A stretch of 64,000 nucleotides of DNA, from positions 32,674,001 through 32,738,000 of the forward strand of contig OX597832.1 of the NCBI GenBank assembly GCA_951406725.2, in the 5' to 3' direction. The DNA is from Octopus vulgaris. Its lineage: Eukaryota. The stretch's first letter is position 1. Each line of letters opens with the position of its first letter. Of the stretch, positions 55,549-64,000 are shown one piece after another. Below the pieces are notes generated by a model. The model saw only the letters and a list, made by a program, of their open reading frames with translations. It ran no database searches and was not told the origin of the DNA. Position numbers and translations under genes: made by a program.

Positions 55549-55862
55549 CATTATTATTATTTGTGTTTCGTGAAATATAAAAAAAAAATAAGCCTGGCTT
55601 ACTGTTTTAAAGGGTTACCTCCGTGACAGCAACAACAACACTGAAAGTGAGTGTGAGAGGGACGGGAGAGAGGAAAGGAGGGAGGGATGTAGAGAGAGGC
55701 AGAGGAAAACAGTGAGAGGGAGGGAGAGGTATAGAAAACAGTGAGAGTGATGGAGGGAATATTGATGTTATAATCCCTCAAAGAGACAAATGGGAAATAA
55801 TAGAATTAATCCATCAATACATAAAGCAAAAGGGGATCCTGAGAGGAAAAACAAAGAAATGC

Positions 55863-55921
55863 ACAATAATAATAACAACAATATTAATGATGACTATAAT
55901 AATAATAACAAGAACAACAAC

Positions 55922-55971
<50 letters not shown>

Positions 55972-56145
55972 CAACAACAACAATAATAATAATAACAATA
56001 ACAATAACAATAAAAATAATAACAATAATAATAATAACAACAACAACAACAATAATAATAATAATAACAATAACAATAACAATAAAAAAATAATAATAAT
56101 AATAACAACAACAACAACAACAATAATAATAATAATAATAATAAC

Positions 56146-56192
<47 letters not shown>

Positions 56193-56201
56193 TAACAATA
56201 C

Positions 56202-56233
<32 letters not shown>

Positions 56234-56355
56234 GTGACGATAATAATAATGATGATGACGACGATGATAAATAATAACAATAGTACGAACAACAGCAACA
56301 ACAATAACAGAAACAACAAAAACAACAACAATAATAACAGTAAGAACGGCAATAA
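55863..56355. repeat. (AAT/AAC)n compound tract
   Basis: Directly visible. Confidence 0.95.
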
Positions 56356-56782
56356 CGTTAAAATGAAAATAATATATTTTGAATCGCGAGTTATGAAATA
56401 TTAAGTGTTTCTGGAGAGTTTAAACATATATATATATATAAAAAATGGTAAAAATAGAATTAAAATCCGACGTAAAACATATTTATCAGTTTATAAAAGA
56501 CGATAAACAGAAGGACATAAAATATTAGCATATATATGTACTTAAGCTTTAACGGGGATAGAATTGTGTTTAAAATCTACATCTTGTGTGTTTACAGGAT
56601 CAAGTGACGCTTCCAAGGCAAATATCATATTCTGCCGCGTAAAGCACAGAGATGAAGATGCGGAGCGCTTCGTTAGTTTTATAGACATAATGGTGACACT
56701 ATGGAGGGAAATGTTTGTGCTGGTAAATATGCCCATTGCAGAGGGACTTTACATTGGTGTTTGTGTGTGCGTGTGTATGTAT

Positions 56783-57052
56783 TTTACGGGGACGTAAACA
56801 CACCAGCATCGGCTCACAAGCGATGGTGAGGGTGGGGGAGATAACCACACATACATACGCATATACACATCTATATATACATGTATCTATACGAAGGGCT
56901 TCCACCAGTTTCTGTCTACGAAATCCACTCACAAGGCTTTGATCACCCCGAGGCAATAGTAGAACACACTTACGCAAGATTTACATTGGGGACTAAACCC
57001 GGAAGTTTGTAGGTGGGAAGCAAGCTTCTTACCACACAGCCACTCCTGCGCT
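56783..57052 (-). mobile_element. SINE family A, 5' two thirds
   Basis: ttacggggacgtaaacacaccagcatcgg...aaatccactcacaaggcttt...cttaccacacagccactcctgcgc. Confidence 0.85.
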
Positions 57053-57833
57053 TATAGGCAACCCTAAATACATTTGGAATTTACAGAAAATCAAATGACA
57101 AAGACAGGAGCATAAACAACAAACAGGTGTGTCAGCCGAACGCTCGTGAAGGTGAGAGAGTCATTTACGTTTCGAAAGAATAAAAAATAAGGAATGAGTT
57201 TATGTCCGTGACCCTCACAAAGCAATGTAGAAAGAATATGTACATATATTTATGTGTGCGTGCGTACATATAAGTCACGCGCACACACACACACACACAC
57301 ACAGCCCCCCCCCCCCATATATATATACACAGATGCCATATACGCACATTGTGATCAAACAATTCATCAATAAAGAATGTGTCTGGAACGTCTTTAGTGT
57401 AGTTTTAAATTCATTTGTGTTCTTCGTTTGTGCAAACGACGAACCTGGAACTTTGCTCATGTTGGCTCTACCACTTACATTGAATCTTTAACTCATATGC
57501 GTACATGTATATGTAGATATGAAGATACGTATTTCAGTGTTACGTATAAGTGTGTGCTGAAGTGGAGACTTTCCTCAGGTGTAGAAATTTAATGTAGCGA
57601 TTATGATGAATGGTACATATTACATACATATATATATATACGTGTGTTATACACACACACACACACACACCACACCATACACACACCACACACGTATATA
57701 TATAAATTCAGAAGTATGAATACAAAAATGTCTACTCGCCTAGGAATAATTTTTATGTGAGACTTACTGTAAAAATGCAAGTTGTGTTTTGAAAAGATGA
57801 GCTTACACACACAATAGCTATATAACTACAGGG

Positions 57834-57876
<43 letters not shown>

Positions 57877-58174
57877 AAGGGAGGGAGAGTTAGAAGGAGA
57901 GAAATCACATGTTACTGGAAAGTTCTGAAAAATAAAAATAATCTATCGTAAAAATTTTAGTGCAACTCGCAGCCCAGAGGCATTTTGCAGTAGAAGAAAA
58001 ATAATATTTCTCTAAGAAAAATCATATGGTATATATATTTATATAAATATATATATATATGATGTATATGCACACATGCATATATATATATATATATGTA
58101 TATATAAGTATATATGTTGGAATATGTTGTATATAAGTATGTAGATGCGTATATATGTATGTTTAAAAATATAT

Positions 58175-58219
<45 letters not shown>

Positions 58220-58322
58220 ATAAGACAGGGAAGCTAAGAAGAGACGCTGGCAAACGAAAGACAAGGAGTGGGAGTTCCCGAGACTTGTTCTTGCTTGTTT
58301 TGCGCTTCTTGCCTGAAAAATG

Positions 58323-58877
58323 TATTAGAGACGAAAGCAGGATTTATACTGAGAATTAATGGTTATGGCCACCTAAATGTGGGTGTTCAGGTAATTCGCT
58401 AGTTCCATAACCGGGAGCTGTATGGCATTGTTTTTCTGTATACCGTAAGATGGGTTTGACTACCGCTATGTCTAGCAGACGATTATCCACCACCGATGAC
58501 GATTTAAATGAGATAGAAGTTATAATATCTGGAGACCTCTGAGCTAAAATAATCGGCTGTTTTCTCCCCGCATGGAATATATATCGAGTGCAAAGCACAC
58601 TGAATAATCAGCTAGAGGATGTGTCCTTCCGGGGTTACTATAGCCATATCGTCTGGTGGAGATAAACATTACCTCTCAATATAAATATACTTTCTGTTCC
58701 ATTATGGGTTTCCTAACAAGTTAGTTTGCTAGTTACAAACCAGTGTCTGTGTGACATTGTCTTTGTATATATTGCATCTTGTGGTGGCGGTAAACTACTG
58801 CTATGTTTAGTAGACGAGTATCCGTCACTTAACGTAAACACTTGATCTTTGTATGAATACTGCTTTCGTCTCTAATA
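58323..58877. mobile_element. Non-autonomous DNA transposon (MITE), TA-flanked
   Basis: Perfect 18-bp inverted termini tattagagacgaaagcag / ctgctttcgtctctaata, extending imperfectly to about 45 bp. Confidence 0.7.
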
Positions 58878-59673
58878 GAGATCATCTTAAAGATATAGTT
58901 TACTATACATATATACATAGTATCATATGTTCAGTAATATCTCAAACATGTTCTTTAGGCACAAACCAAATATTATAATGAACTAAAAAAAATGAATAAA
59001 AGAACACGAATAAACTGAAAAGGTAGCATTTAGAAAACGCAGAAGTTTTAAAAACGGAAAACGAAAATTCAAAACCGATAGTGTAAAAAGTTAATTGTAA
59101 AATAGGATCGGATAAATGTTGGCTTTGTTTAGCTGAAAGAGTGCAGATCCTGTTCAGATCTAAGATTCCCAGTTCTGTACTAAACTCTAGGGCTCAAATA
59201 TCCAATAGTTGTAAGCATATGGACAAATATAATTTGAAGAGTTGGAAAATTTCGTCTAATCCTGATTACCTTGTTGATATCTTTCCAGCCATATAATTTA
59301 AGGTCTAAGGGTGATAACTCCTTTACCTTTTTTTTACTTTTTACATTTTAGGTTTTGTTTTCCGCCTTTGTAACATCCACGTTTTTTTTTATTAGTTGCC
59401 TTTCTTATTCAAATTTATTTTAGTTCGTTGATATATAGTTGTTGCCTGGTGAATATGTTTCAGACATTTCTCAACATATGAAACTATTAGTTGCACTTAA
59501 AGACATATGTTTCTTTCCTTTAAATAAATAATATTTATCGCTCACCAGATGGCGCACTTCTTTTGTTGAATGTTGTATCACGCAACATTACATTATACAG
59601 GCACACATACATATGTATATATATGTATATATATATATGCATATGTATATATATATATATGTATATATATATG

Positions 59674-59705
<32 letters not shown>

Positions 59706-60758
59706 CACACATATATATATATATATATATACACACACATATGTGTGTGTGTTTCTATCTATATAGATGTTCTTTTAGTCTTTTACTTCTTTTCGCCATT
59801 TGATTGCGGCCTTATATAACATATACATACACGCATACATTCACACACGCAAACACACATTCATACATATACTCATATATTTGTCAAATATATGTGAATA
59901 ATAGCTATTATATACAAAATGCATTTATGGTAACGGGTGTTTTGTTTTCTTTGTTAAAATGGTAATTATTATTTTTATCGTTATTTCTATCATCATCACC
60001 ATCATCATCATCATCGAAAATTATGCAAACCTTAATAGTAATTGTACCGCTTTCTTTCTTGATATCGACCATAAGTACCGGGCAGCAAGTGTATTGCCAT
60101 TTTTCGTGTAAAAGGTTAATAATTAAAAAAAAAAACATCAAATACCAATAATTTATTGATTCCTATTTATATTAGTAATAATTATGCTTTCTCTTCAGCC
60201 AATTCGTAGACTAATGGCAAGTGAATTCGTTTCTTCTAGATATATTTCAAAATTGTTTAGCCATAATGTATACACATAAAACTTGTATATCGTGCGAAGG
60301 CGGGGCTGTGTAGAAATAAGTTAGCGACCCAACCGCACTTTGGCCAACTTTAACCTCGGGTCAACTATGATTTTCAATTGTTGTATATGTATGTATATAT
60401 GCATATATGTATGCATGTATGTATGTATATATATATAAGAATGTAGGTGTGTTTCTTCACGTCAAATTTTGTCAAGCGCCAACGCATGACGAGTAGAGAT
60501 CAGTATGTTTAGCGAAATATTTGAATCGAGACATATGACGAAATGTAGCTTCCAATAATGGACAGAACACAACTAATTGTATAATATTCCATCCTCAAGG
60601 GACAACTGCATGATGGGTCGCAACGATCGTTGTGTTGAAAAAAGAATTTTGCCAACTCCATTTTCTGTTTCCGTCATTCATCTATATATGTATATATAAA
60701 TATATATTTTTAAATATATATATATATATGTATGTATAAGCATATATATGTATATATG

Positions 60759-60829
<71 letters not shown>

Positions 60830-60832
60830 CTA

Positions 60833-60886
<54 letters not shown>

Positions 60887-62005
60887 TGTATATATTTTTA
60901 TATATGCGCATATGTATGTTTGCGTGTATGTGTGTCTATTTGTGAGTGTGTGTGTCTTTGTATGTATGCTTACATATATACACACGTTCGTGCGCAATCA
61001 GGCTCATATCCATAGACGTCCAGATACATAGCGACAAATAGAGACACACACATACAGATAGATAGATAGTTTGATAGATTGATATGTATATAGAAAAAAT
61101 ACATTATATAAAAGATTTAAAAAATGAGAAGAGTCGGTGCAAACGATCAACTGTTTATCCTTGAATGTGCACCGGAGGCAAAAAACTAGGTTCTTCGACC
61201 AGATTAAATAGGGAATGCATTAATATTCCCATACACATACTAACCACACACTGTCATACACACACACAATCACATACATACGCAGTCGCACAAACATATA
61301 CATACATACGCTTACACTGAAACATTCACAATGAAAACGTACCCTATAAATCTAAGCCAAAAAAATCATACACTACACGATTCTATTAGATTAGCCGAAG
61401 CTGAAAGCCTTTGCTTAAAATATAAATAAGAATAAATCAAAAGAATTCCGTGCATTAAAGGAATAATGCTGTAGTAAATACAATATAGTCACTTGATGTG
61501 CACTTTTGCTCTTTTTAGCAAAGTCATTTAATTTTCACGATGTTATAAGCATGACGCGTGTATCAGCAATCATTCTTTGTGCTTAGCTTAGCTTGAATCA
61601 ACCAAGTTAGCTAAACCTCTTCTATACACATTAAATTAACTTAGTATCCTCACATTCTCATCTCTGGAGAACGTGATGTTTTTTTCATCATTATCATTAT
61701 TGTTATCATCATTATGTTATATTGGTGATGATGATGATGATGAGGATGATGTCGGAGATTTGGGCGGATTGGTTGATGGTGGTGGTGGTGGTGGTGATGG
61801 TAAAGTCTTTGCTCTTTTGGTCGCAATTTGTTTCTGTTATATAAAGATCAAATAAATAGAATTTAGTTGAATAAATAGCTTCAAGGTTGGCTGCTCCGTT
61901 TCTATTTCTATGACATATCGCCATTTGCATTGCATTTGTTTGTGGAAACCCTTCTGCTTCTTCCTCGCAGTTATCAGCGTCTGATGCACACACGCACGAT
62001 CATCG

Positions 62006-62072
<67 letters not shown>

Positions 62073-62144
62073 TACACACACACATATATTAGTATATGTG
62101 TGTATATATATATGTACATGTGTGTATATCTATCTATCTAAATG

Positions 62145-62176
<32 letters not shown>

Positions 62177-62317
62177 CACACACATATATATATATATATA
62201 TATGTATACATATATATGCGCGTTGTATTTATGTAGCGATGTCTTCAAATGCATAAATGTATACATGTGTGTGGGGAGGGCAGGTGAGTCTGTGCTTGCA
62301 TGTACATATGTATATAC

Positions 62318-62390
<73 letters not shown>

Positions 62391-64000
62391 CCTGTGTATG
62401 TATGCATCTATCTTCCGCATGCTTGTGCGTGTATCCGTGTTCGCGTGTATGTGCATATATTACGAGGTTCGTGCTCGTGGGTTAAGCTATCCATGAAAAG
62501 GATGCGTTTGCAAAAATCTGCATAAACAAAATACAATGCATTTGAACGTCTCTCACTCAAACGCCATGATGCAACGTCACCGGATAAAGATCTTGTTCTT
62601 GTAACTGCTGTTGTTATTGCTCTTGTTATTGTTGTTGTTGTTGGTTTGTCTTTGTTGGTGTTGTTCTTTATATTCACATTGTTATTGTTTTTTTCTATTA
62701 TTTGATTGTAAGCTTATCAACTGTTGTAGTTGTTGGTGGTTTTGAGTTCTTATTCAGCTTTGATCCAGAACACCAATGATGCTATTCATTGTAGTACTTA
62801 TTTTTTCCATCGTTTATTTATGTCATGTTACATCTAATTAGAATTTTCCCAATAATTGTCTCAAATTCTTATGATTGTAGCTACTGGTGTAAATAGAATT
62901 GAGCTATTACTTCTAGCTGACTAAACGATCAACCGGCGACGCATTTTCCGTTGTCTTCAAAGTTATTGAAAATTTATCTAATAAATGAAATCCGTTGTGG
63001 CCGCATGAATTCCTGTTGAAAGTCTATCGAAAATAAATGCCTATTTACTGCAGGCTTCTAATTATATACAAGTACATACATGTACTTCGGCTACCGAGGT
63101 TATTTGGTAAGGACTTAGGAACATCATCCATAAATGTCCACTAAAATATTTGACATATTTTATAAATACGCAGAAAGACAATATGTGCAAGGACGTGTTT
63201 AATAATAATGCACGAGCAGATCCTCACAAATGTATTAGGACACATTTCATAAAGGGATTAGAAAAGTTTGGGACGACATATTAACAGAATTCTCGAATGC
63301 ATAGAAGCACCACTGATGTACTAGAAGGGATTTACTAAACATCGAAGTGAAGATATTTTATGCAGGTCCTTTAATACGTTCGATAATTCCCAGAAACATC
63401 ATGAAAACACGGAGAAACAAGAAATACACAAGAATAGGTTTAGTAAAAATCAGGAATGCATTTCGCTGTTTCATAGGTGCATCTTTCATAGAAATAGTGC
63501 CATATTTCATAAATATATTGTGAAATATTTGATGAGTGCTGCAAAATGCTTGCATAGCCAGGAACACAACAAGAATACAAAGTTATTTCATAAATACACA
63601 ACAGGCATAGCAGAGTATTTCATAAATGTATATGACATACTTCACAGGCACAGAAACAGACTTCACAACTGCGTAAGAAACTTTAAAAACGCAGAATGAA
63701 TTTCATACAAAATGCAACAAAATGTCTCATGAAGGGCAACCCTTTATAACATCGTTAGAACACATTTGGTAAATGAGTAGGGAATGCATTCGTAAATACA
63801 GAGGAATTAATTACCTTCAGAGTGGCACAAGAGTAAATTTTCATAAAACCATGTGGCACAAATTTCATAAAAACACAGGCAGTAAAACGAATTTCATAAC
63901 GCCACACAAACACATATTATACATAAGAACCCAGGGACATATTTGTTAAAGAACCAGTTGAGACAGTTGAGCACCGGAATTTATTTCATTGATTAACCAT

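Noticed and set aside
55790-56404. 204-aa poly-Asn/Ile ORF
   Set aside because: Translation of (AAT/AAC)n; the same applies to the many YI/CV/HT ORFs.

Overview
Non-coding, very AT-rich eukaryotic DNA saturated with microsatellites ((TA)n, (CA)n, (TATC)n, (AAT)n, (GAA)n, (ACTC)n) and transposon debris. The tRNA-headed SINE families resemble those of Octopus (coleoid cephalopod); that is an inference from recalled repeat families, not a search result. No intact protein-coding gene is supported, and almost all long ORFs in the track are microsatellite artefacts. Recognisable elements: several tRNA-derived SINE families, a mariner relic, three maT-like DD37D relics, R4/Dong-type RLE fragments, Tx1/L1-like ORF1 and ORF2 fragments, a piggyBac-type MITE, a TA-flanked MITE and a Helitron 3' end. 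The main hidden signal is a set of minimal type I hammerhead ribozyme (HHR) motifs from about five unrelated Penelope-like repeat families. These include a U3-A8 core variant with a compensatory stem II change, two ~1 kb near-perfect palindromes with an outward-facing HHR at each end, and solo fragments that begin at or near the predicted self-cleavage site. Ribozyme activity is inferred from sequence only. Many element boundaries are approximate.
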